The notes under the pieces were generated by a model. It made no database searches. It worked only from the letters and a program-made list of their open reading frames with translations, and had not been told where the DNA came from. Shown piece after piece: positions 11,601 to 24,353 of a DNA stretch of 47,582 nucleotides (its first letter is position 1; every line of letters starts with the position of its first letter). The translations under genes and the position numbers were made by a program. Source of the DNA: Octopus bimaculoides (taxonomy: Eukaryota); NCBI RefSeq assembly GCF_001194135.2, contig NC_068981.1, forward strand, positions 57,428,239 to 57,475,820. Direction: 5' to 3'.

Positions 11601-13049
11601 AGTCAGCATGACTTTTACTTTACTATTTCTTTGCAAACTCTTTTCCACTTCCTCCCTTCTCTTCCACACTGTTATCCCAATCACCCCCCCCCCCCCCTGA
11701 TACTCTTGTCCCTTTAATCCTTTCACCCTAGTTCATATTTTGAAATTGCCCTCTCTGCTCCATATGAATAAAGAAAATGTAGAGCAGTGAGGACTCCTTG
11801 TGTCTAGCAGTGTACAGAACAATTTCACTAGTGCTGGTGCCACAATAAAATGCACTTTGTACACTCTGTTTTTAGAAAGGACATCCAGACGTAGAAATCA
11901 TGCTAAACTTAAAAAGACATGGCTGCCAGCCCATCTATAAGGAATATAATTCTGAATTAGAACTCACTTGGACTATGACAACCTGGAAAGTGAGCATAAA
12001 ATGATGTGTATGCATAGGTATTAGGAAGATAAATATATACAGAGGTTGATAGTGAAAGTACAATGCATACAATGTCTGATGACAGAAAGCGAAAGTACAA
12101 TGCATACAATGTCTGATCTGCACATGGAGAGGAAGAGCGATAGATACACTATCATATATATATTCTGCAACCATCACTCTCATTATTTGTAATTCAATAG
12201 CCTCCTACTGCTTCATACAAAATTTTTAAATACGCATTATAAATTATGTGTGATTATCAGGTCAGTAGGTTGCCAGAGTTATTGGAGTACCAGACAAAAT
12301 GCTTTGCAATAATTGTTCCAGTTCTTTATTCTGAGTTTGAATCCCTCCAAGATTGTACTTACACAATTGATAAATTAAAGTACCAGTTACATATTGGGGT
12401 AAATTTAATCAATTTTCCACTATTCCCTAGTGTTATAATCAAAACATCTTATTCTAAGTACTATTTATAATGGCTGGTATAGCTTGTCACAGCTATATTG
12501 ATTTATCTATAGCGAATGTAAATAACTCTATTGTTAAATAAATCAATGTTATCCTGCAATTTTGTTAATCATGGACTGAATTTATAATTCTTTACAACAT
12601 ATTTAGCATTGGCTATTATAAATTTTCGGATATACTATCTGTATTGATGATGTCTTAATTTTATTTCAAAAATACTTTTACTTTTGTATTAATTTCTATA
12701 AATATTTCTTTCTTTTTTTTTTTTTGCAAGATGTGTGATATGCAAATAAGTGTTGAAACAGATGTAGTTGTATCTTGAGAAGGTCATTTTTGCCAACAGG
12801 GAACACACACACACACACTGGTTCTCTTTCTCTTTTTCCTATTGTTCATAGTCAACTAGTTAACCAATTACCTGACTGTGTAATTAATTATTCAGTCAAT
12901 CAATAAACTGACAAACTTGGAGGAATGATGGCATGTCATTGATAAGGTCACAAATGACAACAAAAGGACACTAACAAATCAGCTGATTAACTAATCAAAC
13001 AATAAATTAGTTAATTGATTAACTAGTTGATTAATAATGACAAACGATA

Positions 13050-13340
13050 ATAATAGTTTCAAATTTTGGCACAAGGCCAGCAATTTTAGGAGAAGGAATA
13101 GTTGATTACATTGGTCCCAGTACTGACTCTAATAGGATGAAAGACATAGTCAACTTTGGCTGCATTTGAATAATAATTCTTTCTACTATAGGCACAAGGT
13201 CTGAAATTTTGTGGGGAGGGAGGCAATTGATTACACTGGTCCTAGTGTTCAACTGTTACTTATTTTATTGACCCCAAAAGGATGAAAAGCAAAGTTGACC
13301 TTGATGGAATTTGAATTTGGAATATAAAGAACTGGAAGAA
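13050..13340 (-). mobile_element. two CORE-type SINE fragments
   Basis: Reverse complement of the 681-895 family (ggcacaagg...gattacattgg..ccag...aagttgaccttg..ggaatttgaa). Confidence 0.65.
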
Positions 13341-13414
13341 ACGCCACACAAATTATTTTGTCCAATATGCTAATGACTCTGCCTGTTTGTCACCTTAATG
13401 ATATTAATAATATT

Positions 13415-14454
13415 GTATTTTGGAATGGTCATTTATTTCTTTTGCCAAATAACCACATGCACTATGTATTTGTTCTTCACTCATTTATTACTGTTCTTAT
13501 TCTAACTCATGGTTTCTGGACAATGATGTCCAGAAATCTTTCATCACACATCTGTGTCCTCTTCAACAACACTTTCTGTCTCCATGTATGCACTTCCATG
13601 TTGTGTGTTTATGCACATGTGTTTGCGTCCATATTTGTGTGTGTGTGTCATTTGTTCTTAGTAGCACTATGACCTTCCCCTCAGCCCCATCCCCTCCCCG
13701 TTGTCGCTGCTGCTTTCCTAGGACCCAAAATTTGGTACAGTTCCTGTATCTGTGTGTGTGTTCGCTCATGCTGCTGTCATTGTGGTAGTTGTTGTTACTG
13801 CCATCGTTGTCACCACTGTTGCTGTTGTCATTGTTAGTCATGTTGTTGATACCATTGTGGCCATCTGAAGTTACTGTGTGTGTGTATGTGGGTTCACTTC
13901 CTATGTTGTTGTATATATGTCCTTTATATAGATTTTTTTTAAAATAAATAAATCTATATAAAGGGCACGGATACAAACAACATAGGGAGTGAACCCATAT
14001 ACACACAAACAGTAACTTCACAGATGACCGCAATGGTATCAACAACATGACTAACAATGACAACAATTACTTCAAGTAATGACAATGATGGCAGTAACAA
14101 CAACTACAACTACCATGATGGTAGCAGTGTGAGCAAACACAAACATAGAGAGATACAGGAACTGTACCAAATTTTGGGTCCTAGGCAGCAGCAGCGACAA
14201 CGGGGGAGGGGAAGGTCACAGTGCTACTAAAAACAATGATACACAACATAGAAAAACAGAATAAGTGGAGGAAGAGCACACACACAGATGGAAAGTGTTG
14301 CTGAAGAGGTCACAGATGTGAGATGAAAGATTTCTGGACAATGAGCATGAGTTAGAATTAGAACAATAATGAACGAGCAAAGAACAAATACATAGTGCAT
14401 GTGGTGTGTGTTTATTTGGCAAAAAAAAAAAAAAAAATCACCATCCCAAAATAC
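13415..14454. repeat. ~1 kb imperfect palindrome (fold-back / head-to-head duplication)
   Basis: Arms align end to end, e.g. cctaggacccaaaatttggtacagttcctgtatct vs agatacaggaactgtaccaaattttgggtcctagg; centre near 13942. Confidence 0.92.
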
Positions 14455-14529
14455 ATCTGTTTCAACACATGATTTCATATCAGGAATCTTGCAAAACAAA
14501 TCCATAAATGTGACAAAATAATAATCCTT

Positions 14530-14900
14530 TACTACTATAGGCACAAGGCCCAAAATTTGGAGGGAAGTGGCTAGTCAATTATATCAATCCCAGTGCTCAA
14601 CTGGTACTTATTTTATCAACCTCAAAAAGACGAAAAGCAAAGTCAACCTTGATCGCATATAATCTCAGAACATGAAGACGGACAAAATGCTGCTAAACAT
14701 TTTGTCCGGCATGTTAAGGATTCTGTCAGCTTGTCACCATAAAAAGAATAAGAATAATCCTTTCTATTATAGGCATAAGGTCTGAAATTGTGGGGGAAAG
14801 GGAATAGTTGATTACATTGATCTCAGCATTTGACTGGTTCATATTTTATTGACCCTAAAAGAATGAAAGACAAAGTTGACTTTTGGTGAAGTTTGACATG
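14530..14900 (-). mobile_element. two CORE-type SINE copies
   Basis: ctactataggcacaagg...aaagtcaaccttg / aaagttgactttt, reverse complement of the 681-895 family. Confidence 0.65.
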
Positions 14901-15049
14901 ACATATCTAGCACATTAACAATTCTAGTTCATCACTTTAATAATAACAATAATAATAATTTCTTTTATTAGCCTACAAGGACTCAAGACATGAAGGACAA
15001 TATCAAAGGATAAGATACAACACACAAACAGGTGGGGTTTACATCAATG

Positions 15050-16900
15050 AAAGGATATAACAAGATATAAAAATATAAATTAAAAAATAAATAATTACTA
15101 AATGGAATTCCCCAATAGTGGAGTAGTCTACTTGAAGTAATTTGGGGTAAATCCCACATAAAAGTTCCTGGCTTAATCTGCCATCTCTGAGGCATAGAAA
15201 GTGCCAACTTCCTGTTTTTTTCCTCCTACTTAAGAAAACATACTCAGAACAGATTGATTCAACCTCACCAGTTTTGCCATTCTCAACCACCTTTTGATAA
15301 ACACACTAGAAGGCAGCACCTCATCTTCCTTGACAGATGATATCTGAAGAAATTGATGAGTCTGGCCAAAGAGAAAAGTGCTTGTCTTCAAACATTTCAA
15401 ATGGAAAGTAGTACATTGATCTTCACTGTATACTACACTCAGTAGACAATTGAATTCGTCTTACATGAGACAGCAGCTGATCAACTCAAGTGTGGGTGGT
15501 GACAGCAGATGGATTTTCTGACCAGTGGAGCCTGACCTTTCCATAAGAATAAAAAAACTAAGTGCTCCAATATGGTCAGAATTTTCTTGGGACAAGGTAT
15601 GATGGTATTTTGGCAGCAGTACATTACCTAGGTGAGGTATGCACTAACTACTTCCGATCTGCCTTTCAACCTATTTGTGTGAAATCAACCACTCTGACCT
15701 TTGTTTCTTCTCTGTTCCTGGAGATCTAGTCTGAACCAGACACTGGTCATTTCCATTGAACCCTCTATCTAGTAAGAGAAATCGCCACTTGTCAACATGG
15801 ACTTGCCGTGTCAAGAGCTTAGTTATAAATGCACCAATTTGTCCTGGTTTATGTATGCCCCAGTTCATACCTTATATTCTTTCAGTATAGTGTTGATTGT
15901 TTCTATATCTGATGAGTCCAACATGACAATGATGTCAGCATATGCAGAATCAGCTCTTCTGTGACTAGTTCCTGCTGGGTATCCCTCAAATTCTCAAGCC
16001 TTCACAGAAAAGGCTCCAATGCCAAAAACATAAAGCAGGTCGAAGGGGAGCTTCTTGACAAACATCTTAGTTAAAATCGTCAACTCAGTGTTGAGTAGAG
16101 TTATGGGGCTGAAACTTTCAATCACATCACCCTCGGCAGATTCACCACTCCCCAACTCACAGGACTGGGAATACCCTGTGTTGCCAACTGCAGTACACAA
16201 CTTCCAAAACAGAAGCAAACAAGTCAGGCATTCGGAAATCATCCAATCCTGATGATTTGTGTCCTACACAGTAGATTAGTTATTTCCTCTGCTAAAATTG
16301 GCATTTTGCAACACTCAGTCTCCCTGACTGATTGGTATGTCATACCGTCTAGGTAGCCCTTAAAACCTGCTGTCTCAAGTATACCACTCCTCAAAAAGAG
16401 TTTGAAGTACTGCCAAAACACAGCACACATGTTTAGAATTAGAGAGCACACAGCCACTGCAGTTTGTCACTGAATTCTAGATTTGTTATCATGCTGTGTC
16501 TCTGATACCCAAGCTTAACCAACAGCTTTTGAGCCTACATGTTTCAGTGCACTCACCCTAGCTTGGACATTGCAATCTTCATGTTTCACATCTGCAGGAA
16601 AAATTACCCTGACACATACATCAAAGGCATGTCAGAACCAGCATGTATTCACACCTTTAAATACAAGGAATACTGGTGGAATACCTAATAAAAAGAGCAA
16701 TTTGGTGCAAATGTAACAAACCTGAGATTGTTCTGTAGAACAAGGAACAAGAGTCATGCACTGTTGTAGAGGTCAGCTGCCCTGTGGATGTGAATATATC
16801 ATCAAAAATCCAAGAAAAAGAACATTTATGGTGAAATAATGTAGAACTTACAGGTCTTGTACCCTGACTATAAATTTTCATTTGAACCTATCACCATAGG
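15050..16900 (-). mobile_element. L1/Tx1-clade non-LTR retrotransposon remnant
   Basis: FSPITLLNTELTILTKMFVKKL resembles RPISLLNTDYKILAK; LLYVFGI resembles SPLLYVLAL; SAYAD-IIV resembles YADD; many stops; boundaries approximate. Confidence 0.75.
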
Positions 16901-17367
16901 TGCATTAGGCTATATATCTATAAATTCACAGAAAAGAAATACTGGGTTTTTCAAAGAAAAAGCAAAAGAAACTAACACACATTCTACAAATCCAATCTAT
17001 TAGTGGCATAGTTTGTAAGACATTCCGAAGATTCTCCATCTGAGGTACTCTAGAAATAAACAGATGCACACACTTCGGTGTGTGTATTGATAGCTCAACC
17101 AACACACCAACTCAACCACATATTTACAAACACGGGGAACTCTCTTAACCTAAAAAGTTTGATTGCTTTGTTAGCAACTGGCTTGAACTCCCTTAGGAAG
17201 AACTTAAATAAAACACAAAGGAAAACATAAATGCATAGATATGAGTGAGTGGACAAACGAAAGTGGCACTCAACACATTTAGTAGGGGTTACATATATTA
17301 TTGAGGCTGAATCAATGTGTTTTATATAATTACAATAATAATGATTATATGTATGTATATATACATC

Positions 17368-17536
17368 TGTAGTTAAGTCTATGTCCAGTCATAGAGTAAC
17401 CAATGGCTTCACATCCACAGAGGGCTTAGCCCCATGGACATCTCCTCAACGTTAATGGGGCTAAGTCCATGGAGCTAAGCCTTTTGTGAATGCGAAACCA
17501 TTGATCACTCTATGACCAGACACAGACTTAACTACA
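17368..17536. mobile_element. palindromic MITE
   Basis: ~60-bp terminal inverted repeats tgtagttaagtct(a/g)tgtc...ggcttagc in TA-rich flanks. Confidence 0.8.
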
Positions 17537-17567
17537 TATAAATAAATTACTGCTCTATGCTTTAGAG

Positions 17568-19170
17568 CAGTAGTTCTTAACCTTTTTACTACCATGCCTC
17601 CCCTAGGAATTTGTCCTTCTCTCCATGCTACACTTGCATCTATGAATAAAATTCCCTCCCAGATTTTAAATAAAATCTAAAATATGTTTTTAGTCTTTTT
17701 AATGAATATGAATTAATCACATTATACAAAATATGTATAATTTTATATATAATCACATTATACAAAAAGTGAGATACTTGACACTTTTTTCTTAGCTACA
17801 AGATCTTGAATATATGGTTGCATGCCAGAGAGTGCACAACATCCCTTTCAACATTCAGCCTGTTTCTGTACTTGGTCTTGACAGCAACAAGTGTGGAAAA
17901 TGCAGCTTCACAATATGTGGATCCAAAATTAGCTAAAATCCGAAGAGCCTGATGTGAGATCAGAGGATAAACAGGAAGGTACTTGATCCATAACGTTTCA
18001 AAATCCAGTTCTTTGAAGTCTTCCTTAGCTCAAGAAACACCTCTTGCACTTCATCCAAAGCATCAGTAACTTCACACTGAAATGGGTTCCTGATGAATTT
18101 CCAAGTTTCACACTGTTCATCTGTATCTGGGAAGTATCTGATGAATTCTGTTTACAAGTCAATTAGATGAGTGATTATTTGTTTCTTTAACTCAAAATCA
18201 AGGCTACTGTGAATGAGAGCAGAATCCAAGTAACTAAAACTGGCAGTATTTCTCTGCTGAATTTGACATATCCAGAGGGCAAGTTTGGCCATGAAGGTTC
18301 AAATGATGTCGTGGTGCATTAGAATGTTGATGTTTTTCCCTTGTAGTTTAAGGTCGAGAGCATTCAATGCTTCGAAGATGTCCACCAGGTAAGCTAGAGG
18401 TAGCTGAAAGACTTCAGACCGGAACTCATGGAGATCTGCCTTCTGTTGCAAATCTAGAAATATTGCTACATCTCGTAGTTCATAAAGCCATCCAAGCATG
18501 TTCCCCTTTGATAGCCACCATACATTCATGTGAAAAAGCAATGCTTCATTTTCAGATTCCATATCTTTACACAACAGTTTAAGGCTCCACCTTTAACAAA
18601 GTTGACAACCTTGATAGCCACATTCAGGACATTTCTCATTTCAGTAGGTAAGGTTTTGGATGCTAAGGTTTCACAATGAATTATGCAGTGTGTACTGATA
18701 ACAGATGGATTTTTTTCTCTCACCCTAGTAATGAATCCAGACTTCAGACCAAGCATGGCTGGAGCTTCATCAGTGCACAAAGTTGGTTTTCCTGAAAGAA
18801 GTTTGATACATCACCAAAAATAGCTGCTGCTGTTGTACAACTTCCCATAGGGTGACAAAACAATATATTCTCTTTGACACAGTTGCCTAACACAAAACGA
18901 ACATATACCAGTAGCTGAGAACACTGAGCAATATCAATCATTTCGTCACACTGGATGGCAAAAATAGAAGAATCTCTTACTTGGTTGAGAATTTGATCTT
19001 TGGTGTCTTGAAGCAAGTTGTCGATCCTTATCTTGACTGTATCGTTTGATAGTGAAATTAATTTCTCGATCTGCCGTTGAAAGGGAAAAGATCCAGAGTT
19101 GTTAATGAACATAAATTTTCGTCCCCAAATTTGGTAAATTTTGATACATTCACTCGCACGATTTTCACTA
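17568..19170 (-). mobile_element. hAT (Charlie/ZBED5-like) transposon, defective
   Basis: Terminus cagtagttcttaacc preceded by ctttagag; transposase motifs FAIQCDE..DIAQCSQLLVYVRF, CTDEAPAM.G, THCIIH, WLSKG, TYCEAAFS...KTKYRNRL; frameshifts; other end lost at the gap. Confidence 0.88.
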
Positions 19171-19194
19171 AGAAAAAAAAAAAAAAAAAAAAAA

Positions 19195-19557
19195 NNNNNN
19201 NNNNNNNNNNNNNNNNNNNNNNNNNNNNNNNNNNNNNNNNNNNNNNNNNNNNNNNNNNNNNNNNNNNNNNNNNNNNNNNNNNNNNNNNNNNNNNNNNNNN
19301 NNNNNNNNNNNNNNNNNNNNNNNNNNNNNNNNNNNNNNNNNNNNNNNNNNNNNNNNNNNNNNNNNNNNNNNNNNNNNNNNNNNNNNNNNNNNNNNNNNNN
19401 NNNNNNNNNNNNNNNNNNNNNNNNNNNNNNNNNNNNNNNNNNNNNNNNNNNNNNNNNNNNNNNNNNNNNNNNNNNNNNNNNNNNNNNNNNNNNNNNNNNN
19501 NNNNNNNNNNNNNNNNNNNNNNNNNNNNNNNNNNNNNNNNNNNNNNNNNNNNNNNNN
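19195..19557. other. assembly gap
   Basis: run of N. Confidence 1.
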
Positions 19558-19679
19558 TCATGGGATATGCTAGAAACAATAGCCAAATCTCCATTTAATC
19601 ACATCTTTTCTGAAAATATTTACTTTTTTTTTTTTTACTGAAAAGGCTTATCCTATAGTTTTTACTTGTGTAGTGCTCC

Positions 19680-21520
19680 CAAAAGAATCATCGTACGTAG
19701 TGCCGACAAAATCGGTCCGGAGAAGGGAAGAGGGTGATGTAAAAAAAAAAAAAAAACATCAATTCCAAGGGCACTGTCAAAAAGTCTGAAAAGTCCCCGT
19801 CAAAACGGAGTAATTCCAACTTATGTGAGCGATCTATCCCTGACGTCTAATTTCGTATGACTTAGCACGTGAATCTACCTGCGTGAATTAAGAAGTTTAT
19901 TTATTTTTAGATGTGTTGATACTCATTCTAACAAGATGGGTAAAATGATAAACTTCTTAAATCTCGCTGGTAGATTCACTTACTAAATTAAACGAAATTA
20001 GCAATAAAATTATGATTCCAACTGTTGAAAGAAAATTGAAATTGGGAAGCGATATATAAACTCGGGAAATGAGTCATCAGAACTTTTTAAGGTAGTGAAT
20101 TGTTTACCAAGAAATATTATCGAATCAAAGACTGTAACTCAATTCAAGAATACTATTTTGAGAAACAATCTTTTTGATGTAATCTGAAAAAGTTTATTTC
20201 AAACGATTTCGTAATTACAATAGTAAGAAAACAGTAAACTGGTTAATAAAATTTGTACTTTCCATATACAAAAACCGTAGAATGAAAATTCAGCAGCAGA
20301 AGCTTAACAAACAATAAGGAAGCCTCTAAGTTCTTGCTTGATCTGCTAGAAATGAAGCCAAAGCTCCCTTAGATCACACCCTATGGGCATATTAGATAAT
20401 GTAGTTCTATGGTTTGAATGCTTTTCATCATTGGTCTGCTCGACCAGCTCTGACCTAGGACTGAATATATTACAGTTACGAGCTGGATGTTTTTAAAGCT
20501 GTTATTCCAACAGTGAAGGTGTTTACGGCGTTGTCTTCAAGAACGATAATCAAAAGACGGAAGTCGTTCATGTCGACGGAACTGATCGGCGAGCTGATGA
20601 TTTAGATTTATTGATTAGACTCGCGTTTATTTTATTTTTTATTTTTATACAACAACAACAATATATATATGTGTATGTATTCTTGTCTAGCCTTACAACA
20701 TGGCAGTTATCAAGTAAAACTAACGTAACTATTTATCTCATGTTACTCAGTTTTAAACCTACTGACGACGTCCGGTGCCACGTTCTCTGTACAACATCAA
20801 AACACTTCAAATCGGACATGAAAAAAACAGAATTATATGATTATTTGTCTTTTACAAACCTATTGAAATCAAAAATAGTTCTTTAAATTTCTTAATATGA
20901 TTCATATTCATTATACGGTAAGTAAATATTTCCTAAATTGTTTAAAGAAATGTGAGGCTGAAAGAAAAAAGGTGCATTCTCGAATATGTTTCAGGAAGAC
21001 ACTTTTCTTGTATTTATTTATGATCTTTTTCACAATCCATTGGATCCTTTAAATTATTTGATCGTTGCTGTTAACAAAATATTTTGTTTACCTTTTATTC
21101 GTGATAAAAGATTATGCTTGAATTATTGAAACCACGCTATTACAATCTCGATATTAGTCTGAATGCGTACTTCGTCATTTGCAACACCCCACCTTGTTGA
21201 ATAAGAGAAACTTGAAATAACAATTAAATTTTGTTTCACACTCTGGTTTACCGTCACGTCCGAGATTTTCAGTAGTGGGGAAATAGGAATATGCAATGTT
21301 CATAACTTTTTTTAATTCTAGTGGGTACAGTTAATGAAAGCATGAGCTGTTTTATATGGTAATCGAAAGTGGAACGAAAACTGGTTTCGCCACAATGTTT
21401 ACAACAGTAATGATTTTGTTTTAAAGCTCACATTAAGTGTTAGGAAAGGGCATGGTCAAACTATACTTGTACTTTTAACATCGACCCCAGGAAAATGACA
21501 AGTCGACCTTACCTGTAATT
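19680..21520. promoter_or_regulatory. CpG-retaining probable promoter region of the RNFT gene
   Basis: Many CpGs in otherwise CpG-poor DNA; ETS-like acggaagt (~20557), tgacgtc and cacgtg motifs (~19842, ~19867); downstream consensus donor at 20918. Confidence 0.55.
20761..20917 (+). other. putative 5' non-coding exon of the RNFT gene (start position uncertain)
   Basis: Consensus donor acg|gtaagt at 20918 in the CpG-rich region; the first coding exon has an acceptor (ttttttccag at 26683) upstream of its ATG, so an upstream exon is expected. Confidence 0.45.
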
Positions 21521-22914
21521 ATACTAATCGCTATCACTTTAAATATTTTTGATTTGTTGATTTTTCATTCTGTTACCCTTACAGTTTAGACTGACAACTG
21601 TAGAATTTATTCTTTCTCTATTTCTTTCTTTTCTTTCCTTGTGCCCTTTATACCAGTCAGTGAAACTTGCAATTATTTCTGAAATAAAATATATTTACTT
21701 ATGTTTTAGATCTGTTAATCTTAAAAACCCTTCCTTTTCCTACTGAAAACGCAATATCCTTTCCTTTACCTATATGTAAGTCTATGAGTTACCGTTATTT
21801 ATTCATAGTTTCTAAAATATCTGACACTTTGTCTTATTTCAAATATATCCGAAACACCTTAATATCCCACTAGTCTTCCAGTGCATTATATAGGGTTACT
21901 ATAGAGAAATTATCGTGGGTTTCATTTAATAAAGCCAAGTAACTTAAAATTAGAATGATTTTAAGTTAGGTTTCTTTTTAAATGAAAATCACTGCTTAAT
22001 GTTTACATTTCTACTCTGTTATGCAAGTACATTAAAGCAAGAAAAGCTGCATTACCCCTGCAGAAATATTTTCAAATAAAGTGAATTAAAATTTTGAATA
22101 TTTCTTTAATTATAAATCAGCTGGAAAGAAGGCTGATTTTTGGCTTTCCTATTTGGCCCCACATATCTACAGAACATTTTTTTTTTTGCTTTTCAACAAA
22201 GCATAAAGTCACTATTTTAAGGAGAGGGTGTATTGTATACTGAATCGATTATAGTATATTACTGGTACTATTTTATAGATTCTCGGAGAAATGGCTTAAT
22301 ATCAAGGACTACCATAATGTAAAATAGATGGAAGAAACTAAATATTGTTGTGCATTTAGTTAAGATCTCTACTGTTTCATGAATAACTACTGGATGCTCT
22401 CAACTTGGCGCAAAGGACCTGCATATTAGATTAGACAGAAATAGAAAATTATGACTCATTCTTTTCCAAAATACATTTGGTGTGTGAAGTGAAATGGTTT
22501 TGTCGTAGAATCGAAATTACGTTCCGGGATCCAATTGTAGAGAGTTTACCCCTTTTACAGCGGTCTCTACTTTTTCCTTCATTTATTATGAACCGCCCTC
22601 AAACCCCAGTGCGTTTGAACGTTCTCTTCATGTCATATATCATAGCAATTTGGCCTTGTATAATATGATATTGGACTGAAATTTTAGCAACACACGCTCA
22701 ACAGCTGACTAATAATTGATTTAGTGCTAAGTTTCTAGCCAAGGCCACAATTTACTACGTGAAACCGCTGCTATTATTATCTTTTCGCTTATCAATTGCC
22801 ACATGTTCATACCCTCCTTCATTTCTCATTGTAAACTCAGCTGTATTCATGTTATAAATCGTAAACAAAACAATCACTATTTTTCGATTCCCCGTTTTCT
22901 CCTACTATTGGTTT

Positions 22915-23035
22915 CTAATATTGGCACAAGGCCATAGCTCTTTGGGGACAATATGGTCGATTAAATCGATCTCAGTAGTCGATGAGTACCTTTTTATTGA
23001 CTCCAGAAGGATGAAAGAAGTAATAATTATTTGCA
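22915..23035 (-). mobile_element. CORE-type SINE fragment with CpGs retained
   Basis: ttggcacaaggcc...ggtcgattaaatcgatctcagtagtcgatgagtacc...gaaggatgaaag. Confidence 0.65.
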
Positions 23036-23879
23036 TTAATAATCTTTTAATAGTCAACTCTAATCGAATAGTCCTATGATTAAAAATATTTTAACAGTCT
23101 TTCTTAGAATTATGTATGACCACATATGTGATTTGGCCTTTCTTTATTCAGATGGCAGGGTGTGATTTGAGGAAGGTTTGGTTACTAACCTTAGAGCAAT
23201 CATATAGATGTTTACTCATTTCCTCTTTCACTATTTCTTCTTTTGTTTTTTGAAAGACTGTGTGTGGCAAGAACAATATGCATTAAAGTATTTTACATTG
23301 CCTACCAACATTCTGAGTTCAACTACTGCTGAAGTCAACCTTGATCTTTATCTTTCTATGTTTGATAAAAGATAGGAACAAATCATCCATCTTCATCATA
23401 CTTCAGTGAAATTAGGCTTTAAAGTTGGTTTGATTTGGAGGAAGAGTTTGCGCACTTGACCTTCGCAGAAGCAACTTCTCTCTGCTAGATTGGTGAGATT
23501 GACACACATCATTAATAGCTGTAAGATGGCAGTTGCAGAAAAATCATGGGCAGGGAGCATATTACATAGAGCTGACATTTTGAGAAGGTAAAAGTGGGCT
23601 TATGGTTAGTAAGGGTCTAGGAGTAGAGATGGACACAGTATAGGTGATTAGAGGTGGAGAGACAAACGTGTTTTAATAATGAGACCATCCAGCTCTGAGG
23701 AACAGAGATTATTAGGAAAGCCACTAAGAGGCGTCAGCAAATATGTGGACCAGAGTGTTGGTGAGTCACTACTTGCCAATCAGTTGGGTGACCTTGTTTA
23801 GGATGCAATCTCAAACATCTGTGTGCATGTATGTAGCAGCAGCACCATTCTATTTGTAGGTCTCATCTGAGCTTTTATT

Positions 23880-24353
23880 TACATTATTTACGATTGACGG
23901 ATATTTGTCCTCATCTTGTTTGTTGTTAACACGTTTCGGCTGACATACCCTCTAGCCTTCATCAGGTAGCTTGGGGAAATTTCGAATCTGGGTTCTCATT
24001 CCTAAGATATTTTTCTATGTTGTTGTTATTATTATTATTATTATCATTATTCAGGTCACTGCCTGGAATCGAACTCGGAATCTTGGGGTTAGTAGCCCGC
24101 GCTCTTAATCACTACGCCATATGCCATAGTGGTTAAGAGCGTGGACTACTAACCCCAAGATTCTGAGTTTGATTCCAGGCAGTGACCTGAATAATGATAA
24201 TAATAATAATAACATCGAAAAATACCTTAGGAATGAGAATCCAGGTTCGAAATTTCCCCCAAGATACCCGATGAAGGCTGGAGGGTACATCAGCTGAAAT
24301 GTGTTAACAACAAACAAGAAGAGGACAAATATCCATCAATTGTAAATAATGTA
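23880..24353. mobile_element. head-to-head palindromic pair of tRNA-derived SINE-like units with hammerhead-like tails
   Basis: Two ~235-bp arms are reverse complements; each has A-box (tagtggttaag), B-box (gagttcgattcc), (AAT)n, then C(T/C)GATGA-stem-GAAA(C/T). Confidence 0.85.

Noticed and set aside
13563-14066. 167-aa N/D-rich ORF and overlapping ORFs
   Set aside because: Derived from microsatellite-rich arms of the fold-back; no protein signature.
20470-20572. Short minus-strand ORF MNDFRLLIIVLEDNAVNTFTVGITALKTSSS as a first exon of a divergent gene
   Set aside because: 31 codons, no recognisable homology, no convincing donor, no downstream exons found.
20588-20626. C/D snoRNA-like tgatga with a 5-bp terminal stem
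   Set aside because: Too short and no D box (CTGA) at the 3' end.
24125-24185. tRNA gene candidates at SINE heads (also 11410, 29342)
   Set aside because: A and B boxes are present but there is no complete cloverleaf or terminator, and they continue into SINE bodies.
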